From an uncultured Chloroflexia bacterium (lineage in GTDB: Bacteria > Chloroflexota > Limnocylindria > Limnocylindrales > CSP1-4), in NCBI GenBank assembly GCA_963741915.1, contig CAVUJW010000013.1, positions 203,791 to 267,790 of the forward strand: a stretch of DNA of 64,000 nt. The letters are read 5' to 3'. Below are positions 47,305 through 55,248 of the stretch, piece after piece. A model generated the notes under the pieces. The model was not told the origin of the DNA. It did not search any database and was given only the letters and a program-made list of their open reading frames with translations. How positions within the stretch are numbered: the first letter of the stretch is position 1; each line of letters begins with the position of its first letter. The translations under genes and the position numbers were made by a program.

Positions 47305-48408
47305 GTGCTCGCAGCACTGCTCGAACCCGGCGATCCCCGCTGGATCGACGTCCTCGAGCGGATCCCGCACGACATGTACCACCTCCCCGGGTATGCCACG
47401 TTCGCGACGCGCTGGCACGAGTCAGGCGAGGCCATGGCGTTCGTCGCCAGCGAGCGGGATTCGGACTTCCTGGTCCCGCTGATCGTGCGCGCGGTCCCGC
47501 CCCGGATCGCAGATCGCTCGGGGTCGTTCGATGCCACCGGCCCACGCGGCTACCCGGGCCCCATCGTGCGTTCGGGTCCGGATGGACCGGACCTGCCATT
47601 CCTCGAGAGTGCCATCGAAGCGCTCGTTGGCGAGCTGCACCAACGGCAGATCGTGACGGCGTTCGTGCGCTGCCACCCGCTGCTCTCGCCGCCACTCGAC
47701 GTGCTGCGCACGTTCGGCGACGTAGTCGACCACGGCGAATCGGTGTCGATCGATCTCGCCCGCTCGGCGGAACAGGCCTGGGCCGACACCCGCGAGAACC
47801 ACCGGCGGGCGGTCAATCGGGCACGGCGCAGCGGGTATGCCGTACGGATCGACACGGCGTGGACGCGGCTCGATGAGTTCCTCGCGATCCATGCGGCCGC
47901 CATGGACCGGCTTGGCGCCGCGCCGAGCCAGCGCATTGTCCGCGGCCAGATCCTGGACCTCCGCTCGTCGACGGGGAGCGCGCTCCACCTGGCCCTCGTC
48001 GAGCATGCCGGCGATCTCGCCGCCGCAGCGCTCCTGAGCGAGGTCGACGGGATCGTCGAGTACCACCTCGCCGCCACGGCGCCCGACCACGTGGCGGCGA
48101 GCCCGACGAAGCTGCTGATCGCCGAGATCACCGGCTGGGCGCGCGATCGCGGCGATCGAGTGTTCCACCTGGCCGGGAGCCTGCGACACGACGACCCCCT
48201 CATCCATTTCAAGCGCGGCTTCTCGCCGCTGGTCCACCGAGTGGCATCCTGGCGGCTCGTGGCCGACCCGGACGCGTACGCACGACTGGTCGATCGCTGG
48301 GAGCGGCTCAGCGGCCGGCCCGCGGAAGCCGCCGATGGCGACGCGCCGTTCTTCCCGGCCTATCGCCGCGAGATCGGCAGGGTGAACGGGGAGGACGGCA
48401 CGCCCTGA
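47305..48408 (+). CDS. FemAB/BioF2-like acyltransferase, paralog 4
   Basis: 367 aa, MLAALLEPGDPRWIDVLERIPHDMYHLPGYATF...PRGYPGP...FVRCHPLL...HRRAVNRA...IVEYHLAAT...RVFHLAGSLR...HFKRGFS. Confidence 0.75.
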   Translation: MLAALLEPGDPRWIDVLERIPHDMYHLPGYATFATRWHESGEAMAFVASERDSDFLVPLIVRAVPPRIADRSGSFDATGPRGYPGPIVRSGPDGPDLPFLESAIEALVGELHQRQIVTAFVRCHPLLSPPLDVLRTFGDVVDHGESVSIDLARSAEQAWADTRENHRRAVNRARRSGYAVRIDTAWTRLDEFLAIHAAAMDRLGAAPSQRIVRGQILDLRSSTGSALHLALVEHAGDLAAAALLSEVDGIVEYHLAATAPDHVAASPTKLLIAEITGWARDRGDRVFHLAGSLRHDDPLIHFKRGFSPLVHRVASWRLVADPDAYARLVDRWERLSGRPAEAADGDAPFFPAYRREIGRVNGEDGTP

Positions 48409-48671
48409 CCGGCGCATCGATCGTCGTTGACCGCGCGGATTGGTGGTGCGCGGGCGCACAGGCCGAAGGGGACGGCGCCCCCTGCCACGTGGCCCGATGC
48501 CGGGTCGGTCCGGACGGGCGGAGATCGGTCCGGAGGGGTCGTCCCGGACGCGTTAAGGCATTGGGTCCCGTACCAAGGTTCCTCTAGGCCAGTGCATCGG
48601 GTCGCCAGTAGGCTCGGTGCGCGTCCCGGATACCCCCCAAGTTGGCTGACCGCGAGCATCATCCGGCCGGC

Positions 48672-48752
48672 CTCCTCGAAATAGCACACCCGTCGCGAGG
48701 CGGGGCCGCAAAGCCACGGGGCTCACCGAGCCAGCCGGGTTGCCGAAAGGAG
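48672..48752 (+). promoter_or_regulatory. GEMM-I-type cyclic-dinucleotide riboswitch, copy 2 (variant J1/2)
   Basis: AUAGCACACCCGUCGCGAGGCGGGGCCGCAAAGCCACGGGGCUCACCGAGCCAGCCGGGUUGCCGAAAGG. It shares the P2 CCCGUC-GNRA-GGCGGG, the GCAAAGCC core and the 3' GGGUUGCCGA with copy 1 and Vc2. The outer stem pairs CUCCU (48672-76) with AGGAG (48748-52), and AGGAG is the SD of the ATG at 48763. Confidence 0.68.
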
Positions 48753-48762
48753 CGCCCATCTC

Positions 48763-50598
48763 ATGTTCTGGGATGGCTCGCGTTGGATCGACGAGCGTGA
48801 ACACGCCGCCCAGTTGCAGTCCGCCAAGGCCCCGACCCACCATCCGCGTCGCTGGCTGACTGCCCTGGCCGTCATGGCCGGCCTGGCCATCCTGGTCATG
48901 CCGTCGCCCACTCCGGCGGCGGCCAGGTACGAGGCAGCCGCGCTGACCGCGGCGTGGGGCCCGGGCTACACGATGCGCCTGGCGCAGGAGTCCGACACGC
49001 GCGTCTCCGCCAACGGTGCCTGGCACCGCAGGGCGGCCCGCGGGTACCTCGGCGAGCGCGCGATCACGTCGTGGCAACGCGGGGCCCGGATCAGCTACAC
49101 GTTTTCGGGAACCGGGATCGCGATCATCGGTCCCACCAGCGCCCGGAGCGGCAAGGCCCGGATCTACGTGAACGGGAAGCTCGTCAAGACCGTCAACGCC
49201 CGGTCGGCGCGCTACCGGCGCCAGGTGCCCCTGTTCGTGACGAGCTGGACGACGGAGCAGACCCGGACGGTCACGATCGAGGTGGTCGGCACCACCCGCT
49301 CGGCCAAGTTCACGGTCGACGCGTTCGCCGTCAAGCGCGGCAAGCGCAAGGCTGCGCTGCTGCCGGCTCCGACGCCTGCGCCGACCTCGACGCCCGCGCC
49401 GACGCTCGCGGTCGATCCGCAGCCGACACCCCAGCCGACACCCCAGCCGACGCCGGACCCCGCCGTCGCGCCGGATCCGACCGCCGCGCCGACATCGATG
49501 CCGACGGCGACACCCGTGCCCACGGCCACCCCGTCGCCCACCGCGACGGTGACGCCCGCCCCAACGGCGACACCCGTGCCCACGGCCACCCCGACCCCCA
49601 CCCCGCGGCCGACGCCAACGCCGACGCCCCGACCCACGCCCACGCCGGTTTCGCTGACGGGCGAATTCCCCGTTCCCAGCAGCATTGACGCGACCGGCAG
49701 CACTGACGTGACCGCCGCACTTAACAACTGGATCGCCACCGTCCCTGACGGCTCGACGATCCTGTTCAAGGCGGGAGGGACGTATCGCCTCTCGCAGGGC
49801 ATCCAGATCGCGAATCGCCACGGCCTGACGTTTGCGGGCAACGGGGCGACCCTGCGCTCCACGGGGTCTGGCAGCGACCAGCTCGCCAGCCTGTTCGTGA
49901 TGGGGCACCAGTACGGCAGCTATTGGCGGTTCGGCAACACGGACATCACCGTCCGCGACTTCACGCTGCTCGGCAATGACCCGACTCCCGGCTCCTACGG
50001 TGGCGGCGAGAACCAGGCGGGCATGGAGATCGAGGGCGTGGCCGGGCTCGACGTAGCAAACGTGACCGTGCGCGCCGTCTACGGCGACGCGTTTAAGGTG
50101 GGCGTGGCATCGTCCGATGTGGTGATCCACGACTCGCACGTCGAGACGGCCGGGCGCAACGGGCTCACCGTCACGTCCGGGACCAACGTGCTCATGGAGC
50201 GGGTGAGTGTCACGCGCGCGGGCTACTGCGTGTTCGACATCGAGCCGAACCAGGCATCCGAGTCGGCGACCTCGATCACCATTCGGAACAACACGGCGGG
50301 CACCTGGGGCAACGCCTTCTTCGCCACCGAGGGGAGTCACACGGGCGCGACCATCAACGGGATCACGGTCACCGGGAACACGATCAGTGGCGCCTCGCTG
50401 CTGACGGTCGTCGACAACGGCGGCACGAGCCGGATGCGCAGCATCACGTTCAGCAACAACACGTCGACCGTGAAGGCCGCCGGACCCGTCCTGCGCTTTG
50501 CGCACATCGACGGCCTCACGGTCACCGGCAACGTCCAGCCGCTCTCGTCGGGACCCCTCGCGAGCATCACCGACAGCACCTCGGTCACCTATCCATAG
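48763..50598 (+). CDS. secreted/anchored right-handed beta-helix protein, paralog 1 (TM anchor, jelly-roll/CBM-like domain, Pro/Thr linker, pectate-lyase-fold domain)
   Basis: 611 aa. It has an N-terminal TM segment (WLTALAVMAGLAILVM), a ~140-aa beta-rich domain and a PT linker (aa 201-296). The beta-helix part begins VPSSIDATGSTDVTAALNNWIATVPDGSTILFKAGGTY with repeated xNVxVxxV/GxNG turns. Confidence 0.8.
   Translation: MFWDGSRWIDEREHAAQLQSAKAPTHHPRRWLTALAVMAGLAILVMPSPTPAAARYEAAALTAAWGPGYTMRLAQESDTRVSANGAWHRRAARGYLGERAITSWQRGARISYTFSGTGIAIIGPTSARSGKARIYVNGKLVKTVNARSARYRRQVPLFVTSWTTEQTRTVTIEVVGTTRSAKFTVDAFAVKRGKRKAALLPAPTPAPTSTPAPTLAVDPQPTPQPTPQPTPDPAVAPDPTAAPTSMPTATPVPTATPSPTATVTPAPTATPVPTATPTPTPRPTPTPTPRPTPTPVSLTGEFPVPSSIDATGSTDVTAALNNWIATVPDGSTILFKAGGTYRLSQGIQIANRHGLTFAGNGATLRSTGSGSDQLASLFVMGHQYGSYWRFGNTDITVRDFTLLGNDPTPGSYGGGENQAGMEIEGVAGLDVANVTVRAVYGDAFKVGVASSDVVIHDSHVETAGRNGLTVTSGTNVLMERVSVTRAGYCVFDIEPNQASESATSITIRNNTAGTWGNAFFATEGSHTGATINGITVTGNTISGASLLTVVDNGGTSRMRSITFSNNTSTVKAAGPVLRFAHIDGLTVTGNVQPLSSGPLASITDSTSVTYP
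49363..49650 (+). repeat. Pro/Thr-rich linker-coding low-complexity repeat
   Basis: It encodes PAPTPAPTSTPAPT...PQPTPQPTPQPTP...TATPVPTATP...PRPTPTPTPRPTPTP. It contains a perfect 30-bp direct repeat, acggcgacacccgtgcccacggccaccccg, at 49504-49533 and 49564-49593. Confidence 0.7.
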
Positions 50599-50745
50599 TG
50601 GCGGGCGAGGTCGCCGGCGCGACTTGCACCCCGTTGGCATACTGACTGGTGCCCCCCGTCACCGGGTGCTCGCCTGCCATCCAGCCGCGGCGCAAGCCTG
50701 CGTGAACCACGCCCATCGCCACAGACGAGGCCTTGACGATAGCCT

Positions 50746-52527
50746 GTGATCTCTGAAGCCCGCGCCCTGCCGTGCCCTTCGCGATCCTGGCGGCTCGTCC
50801 CCCTGGTCGCCCTGGCGGTGCTCGTCGCCTTGCTGGCGACATCGTCGTTCGCGCCTCCGGTGGCCGCAGCCTCGGGCTCCAAGGTGGCCATCATCGTGGG
50901 CCCATCCGGCTCCCGGACGGCGGCGAACCGGGATCAGGGCCTTGCCGCCGCCGCCGAGGCGGCCCGCCACACGTCGAACGTGGTCACGGTGTTCAGCCCC
51001 AACGCGACGTGGACACGCGTGAAGCGGGCGATCACGGGCGCCTCGCTGGTCGTGTACATCGGTCGGGGACGCGGCTACCCCTCGCGCTACAGCTCGTCGC
51101 TGCGGACCACGGACGAGGACGGGTTCGGGCTGAACCCGGTCGCCGGGGTGAACAACCGTCGGACGAGGTTCTACGGGGAGCGCTACATCCGCAGCACGGC
51201 GCTGGCACCGAACGCCCTCGTGGTCCTGTCGCGGGCCGCCTATGCCTCGGGCTCCGGCGACCCGGGCATGGCCCAGCCCACCCTGCGGGTCGCTCGCCGG
51301 CGAGTCGACAACTACGGGGCAGGCTTCCTCGCCGCCGGCGCCTCCGTCGTGATCGCGGATTCCTCGGCGGCCCCCAGGTACTACGTCCGAGCGCTGTTCG
51401 GCGCGACGCGGACGCTCGACGCGGTGTGGCGGTCCGCGCCGTCACGCCATGGTCACGTCACCTCCTTCTCCTCGACCCGGACGCCCGGCGCGACCGGCCG
51501 TACCGACCCGGTCCACCCCCATGCCGGGTTCACGCGATCGATCGTCGGGTGGCTGTCCACGACGACCTCGATGATCCTTTCACGCGGCGTGGTCTCGTTG
51601 CCGCCCGGGAGCGGTCCGGTGGTCGCGGTCCCGTCGTCGATCGACGCGACCGGCTCGGCCGATGCGAGCGCGGCCCTCAACGCGTTCATCGGCACGGTGC
51701 CCGACGGGGCCACGATCGTGTTCAAGGCCGGGGGCGTCTACCGGATGGCCGGGGCGCTCAAGTTCGCCCATCGCCGCAACCTCACGTTCGAGGGCAACGG
51801 GTCGACCCTCAAGGGAGCCGGCGGAACCACCGAGTCCGGCTCCCTGATCTGGCTCGGCTCCTACGGCGGTGCCAACGCGGGGATCGCGATCCGCAACTTC
51901 CGGCTCACGGGCAACAGCTCCACGCCGGGCACCTACCAGGCCGGCCGCGAGGGCGCCCACGGCATCATGCTCGACGGGGGCAACGGGATCGAGATCACGA
52001 ACGTGACGATCAGCGCCGTGTGGGGCGACTGCCTCAAGCTCACCACCTGGGCGGACGGGGTCTCGTTCCATGACTCGACCTGTGCCTCCAGCGGGCGCAA
52101 CGGCATCACGATCCTGGCCGCGAGGAACGTCGCCGTGCAGCGAGTCGGATTCACCAGGACGGGCTACTGCACGTTCGACATCGAGCCGATGAGCTCCAGC
52201 CAGGGCGCAAGCAACATCCGCTTCCTGGACAACACCGCCGGCACCTGGAGCAACTCGTTCCTGTCGGCGGACGGCGCGGCCGGCTCGGTCGTCAACGGCC
52301 TGACGGTGAGCGGCAACACCGTTACCGGCAAGTCGCTGCTCACGGTCATCGACCTCGCCCGCCGCCAGAACGTCGTGTTCACCAACAACACCTCGATGGT
52401 CAAGGCCCCGGGCCCGGTCCTGCGCTTCGCGCACATCGACGGCCTGACGGTCACCGGCAACGTCCAGCCGCTCTCGTCGGGACCCCTCGCGAGCATCACC
52501 GACAGCACCTCGGTCACCTATCCCTGA
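50746..52527 (+). CDS. secreted right-handed beta-helix protein, paralog 2 (signal peptide, ~270-aa unknown N-domain, beta-helix)
   Basis: 593 aa with signal-like WRLVPLVALAVLVALLATSSFAPPVAAASG. The beta-helix part (VPSSIDATGSADASAALNAFIGTVPDGATIVFKAGGVY...) is homologous to paralogs 1 and 3. The last ~110 codons are identical to paralog 3. Confidence 0.8.
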   Translation: MISEARALPCPSRSWRLVPLVALAVLVALLATSSFAPPVAAASGSKVAIIVGPSGSRTAANRDQGLAAAAEAARHTSNVVTVFSPNATWTRVKRAITGASLVVYIGRGRGYPSRYSSSLRTTDEDGFGLNPVAGVNNRRTRFYGERYIRSTALAPNALVVLSRAAYASGSGDPGMAQPTLRVARRRVDNYGAGFLAAGASVVIADSSAAPRYYVRALFGATRTLDAVWRSAPSRHGHVTSFSSTRTPGATGRTDPVHPHAGFTRSIVGWLSTTTSMILSRGVVSLPPGSGPVVAVPSSIDATGSADASAALNAFIGTVPDGATIVFKAGGVYRMAGALKFAHRRNLTFEGNGSTLKGAGGTTESGSLIWLGSYGGANAGIAIRNFRLTGNSSTPGTYQAGREGAHGIMLDGGNGIEITNVTISAVWGDCLKLTTWADGVSFHDSTCASSGRNGITILAARNVAVQRVGFTRTGYCTFDIEPMSSSQGASNIRFLDNTAGTWSNSFLSADGAAGSVVNGLTVSGNTVTGKSLLTVIDLARRQNVVFTNNTSMVKAPGPVLRFAHIDGLTVTGNVQPLSSGPLASITDSTSVTYP

Positions 52528-52582
52528 GGCCGGACCACCGGTGCCGGGCACCCCGGGCCGGCGGCCGCCCCGCGGGACGGGC
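52198..52582 (+). repeat. 385-bp near-identical duplicate, copy A (3' end of paralog 2 plus 55 nt past the stop)
   Basis: Identical to 53498..53882 apart from two substitutions (52215 C/T, 52574 G/T), at a constant offset of 1300 nt. Confidence 0.9.
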
Positions 52583-52708
52583 AGAATGGCCGCGGCGGCG
52601 GGCTCGCGTCTCGGCTGATCTCGCTCGGATCGGCGGCGGTGTCCCAGCTGGCTTTCGCGGCGTGCAGATGGGCGTTCCGGCCCGGTCTATTGGAGGAGGT
52701 GGGCCGAT

Positions 52709-53827
52709 TTGTCCGGGCCGGGTGACGAGCCGGAGGTGATGCGCAGGCCGACGCGCCGCCACGACGCGGCGCTCGTGGCCGTCGGTGCCGCCGTCATGCT
52801 GGGCGCGGTCCTCGTGGCCGGCCGCGTGCTCGATGTCGGCTCCGGCCAGCCGCCGGTGACATCCCCGTCGGGCCCCGTGGCGACCCCGTCCCGCGTCCCG
52901 GTCACCGACGGCATCGCCGTCCCGAGCTCGATCGATGCCACGGGAGCCCGCGATGCATCCGCGGACCTGGCTTCCTGGCTGGCGACCGTGCCCGACGAAT
53001 CCACGATCCTGTTCAAGCCGGGTGGCCTCTACCGGCTCGACCACGGCCTGGAGCTCAAGGATCGGCGCGGCCTAACGTTCGAGGGCAACGGATCGACATT
53101 CCAGGGGAGCGGCGGCGCCACCTGCGGGCGCGAATGCTCGCTGTTCTACCTGAACGGCGGGAACCACGGCATCATCATCCGCGGCTTCACCCTCGCGGGG
53201 AACAGCCCGACGCCGGGGGTCTTCGACCCGGACCGAGAGCACCAGGCGGCCGTCGCCATCGTCGGCGGCAGCCAGGTCGAGATTGCGGACGTCACGATCA
53301 GCGGCGTCGGCGGGGATGGCCTGACGCTGAGCGGGGACGCGCCCGATTGGGCATCCGACGTCTGGTTCCACGACGCCCGCGTCGCGTCCAGCGGGCGCAA
53401 CGGCATCGCGGTCGTGGCCGGGCGCGACGTCATCGTGGAGCGGGTCGCCATCGACGCCAGCGGATACAGCACGTTCGACGTCGAGCCCAACACGAGCAGC
53501 CAGGGCGCAAGCAATATCCGCTTCCTGGACAACACCGCCGGCACCTGGAGCAACTCGTTCCTGTCGGCGGACGGCGCGGCCGGCTCGGTCGTCAACGGCC
53601 TGACGGTGAGCGGCAACACCGTTACCGGCAAGTCGCTGCTCACGGTCATCGACCTCGCCCGCCGCCAGAACGTCGTGTTCACCAACAACACCTCGATGGT
53701 CAAGGCCCCGGGCCCGGTCCTGCGCTTCGCGCACATCGACGGCCTGACGGTCACCGGCAACGTCCAGCCGCTCTCGTCGGGACCCCTCGCGAGCATCACC
53801 GACAGCACCTCGGTCACCTATCCCTGA
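52709..53827 (+). CDS. membrane-anchored right-handed beta-helix protein, paralog 3 (TM anchor directly followed by the beta-helix)
   Basis: 372 aa. The TTG at 52709 has GGAGGAGG 8 nt upstream. TM segment: AALVAVGAAVMLGAVLVAG. Then VPSSIDATGARDASADLASWLATVPDESTILFKPGGLY... Confidence 0.8.
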   Translation: MSGPGDEPEVMRRPTRRHDAALVAVGAAVMLGAVLVAGRVLDVGSGQPPVTSPSGPVATPSRVPVTDGIAVPSSIDATGARDASADLASWLATVPDESTILFKPGGLYRLDHGLELKDRRGLTFEGNGSTFQGSGGATCGRECSLFYLNGGNHGIIIRGFTLAGNSPTPGVFDPDREHQAAVAIVGGSQVEIADVTISGVGGDGLTLSGDAPDWASDVWFHDARVASSGRNGIAVVAGRDVIVERVAIDASGYSTFDVEPNTSSQGASNIRFLDNTAGTWSNSFLSADGAAGSVVNGLTVSGNTVTGKSLLTVIDLARRQNVVFTNNTSMVKAPGPVLRFAHIDGLTVTGNVQPLSSGPLASITDSTSVTYP

Positions 53828-53882
53828 GGCCGGACCACCGGTGCCGGGCACCCCGGGCCGGCGGCCGCCCCGCTGGACGGGC
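53498..53882 (+). repeat. 385-bp near-identical duplicate, copy B (3' end of paralog 3 plus 55 nt past the stop)
   Basis: See copy A. A shorter 95-nt version with 1 mismatch ends paralog 1 (50500..50594 versus 52429..52523). Confidence 0.9.
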
Positions 53883-53977
53883 TATCCTCAGGCAACCTTA
53901 CCCGTCCGGATGCGAGGGCCGGAACGTCCCGGCAGAGCGCCATTCACCGGCACCCTCGCGCCGGCGGGGTATGCCAT

Positions 53978-55210
53978 TTGATGACGGACCAGACGATCAC
54001 GAATCTAGACGAGGCGCCCAGCGACCGCTCGGTCCCGGTCGTCTCGGTCCTGATGATCACGACGGTCTGGACCACCCTGCGGTTCGTCGTCCCGTATGCG
54101 GAGCATCTCCGCTCGCGCGGCTGGCGGGTCGATGCCGCGGGGAACGGGGCTACCGGGGACCCGATCCTGGCTGCCGCGTTCGACGGCGTCCACGAGCTGC
54201 CCCTGTCGCGTTCGCTGCGCGACGTGGCGAGCCTGCGGCGAGGCCAGCGCGTCCTGCACGAGCTGCTCGAGACGGGTCCCGACATCGTCCACGTCCACAC
54301 CCCCATCGCCGGCTTCCTGACCCGGCTCGCCATCCGGCAGATGCCGGCACGGCTCCGGCCGGCGGTCGCCTACACTGCCCACGGCTTCCACTTCCACCAG
54401 GGCGGCCACCCCATCGCCAACGCCGCGTACCTGCTGGCGGAGCGCATCGCCGGGCGCTGGACCGACCGCCTGATCGTGATCAACGAGGAGGACGAGGCCG
54501 CCGCGCTGCGGTACCGGATCGTGCCCCGGCGCCGGCTGGTCCACATGCCCGGGATCGGCGTGGACACGGCCCGGTACGCGCCGGCGACGGTCGCCCCCGA
54601 CGCGCCGTCGCACCTCCGCGATCAGCTGGGGATCCCCGCCGGAGCGCCGGTGTTCGTGGTCGTCGGGGAGCTCAGCCGGCGGAAGCGGCAGCGGGATGCC
54701 GTCGCGGCGTTGCGGGCGATGCGCCACCAGGATGCTCATCTCGTGCTGGCCGGGGCGGGGCCGACCCGGGCGATGCTGGAGGCCCAGGCCCGCGACCTCG
54801 GCCTCGCCCATCGCGTCCACCTCCTGGGCAACGTCGCCGACATCCGGCCCGTCGTCCGGACCGCCACCGCGCTCATCCTGCCCAGCGAGCGGGAGGGCCT
54901 GGCGAGGTGCCTGATGGAGGCACTCTCGCTCGAGGTCCCCGTGATCGCGTCGACGGCGAGGGGTAACGACGAGGTGATCGGGCCCGACTGCGGGATCCTG
55001 TTCACGACCGGTGACGTCGACGCGCTGGCGGCGGCCATGGATCACTTCGTCGATCATCCCGACGAGGCGGTCGCCACGGGGATCCGGGGCCGGCAGCGGA
55101 TGATCGACCGCTTCGACGTGCCGATCCTCCGGCGGCACCATGACGCCCTCTACGCGGAGCTTCTCGCCGAGCGGGCCGAGCGGCTGGATCGGGCGCAGCG
55201 AACGGGCTGA
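53978..55210 (+). CDS. GT-B fold glycosyltransferase (GT4 family-like)
   Basis: 410 aa. Sequence: ...VVSVLMITTVWTTLRFVVPYAEHLRSRGWRV...HVHTPIAGF...LILPSEREGLARCLMEALSLEVPVIAS. This is the E(x7)E-type C-terminal motif. Confidence 0.85.
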   Translation: MMTDQTITNLDEAPSDRSVPVVSVLMITTVWTTLRFVVPYAEHLRSRGWRVDAAGNGATGDPILAAAFDGVHELPLSRSLRDVASLRRGQRVLHELLETGPDIVHVHTPIAGFLTRLAIRQMPARLRPAVAYTAHGFHFHQGGHPIANAAYLLAERIAGRWTDRLIVINEEDEAAALRYRIVPRRRLVHMPGIGVDTARYAPATVAPDAPSHLRDQLGIPAGAPVFVVVGELSRRKRQRDAVAALRAMRHQDAHLVLAGAGPTRAMLEAQARDLGLAHRVHLLGNVADIRPVVRTATALILPSEREGLARCLMEALSLEVPVIASTARGNDEVIGPDCGILFTTGDVDALAAAMDHFVDHPDEAVATGIRGRQRMIDRFDVPILRRHHDALYAELLAERAERLDRAQRTG

Positions 55211-55248
55211 GCGGGCCCTGCGCGGCCGGCCCTAGCCCTGGCCCGGCC

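Noticed and set aside
49363-49650. Short direct repeats considered as a possible CRISPR or minisatellite
   Set aside because: The repeats are in frame, encode a Pro/Thr linker, lack spacer/repeat regularity, and have no cas genes nearby.
48553-53851. Minus ORFs 48553..50640 (695 aa), 51580..52551 and 53072..53851 opposite the beta-helix genes
   Set aside because: They are antisense shadows. The + strand proteins have signal or TM segments and regular beta-helix repeats, whereas the minus translations are Arg/Gly/Asp-rich.
52198-53882. 385-bp duplicate considered as a mobile element or IS end
   Set aside because: It has no terminal inverted repeats, target duplications or transposase. Both copies are the homologous 3' ends of paralogous genes at the same relative position.
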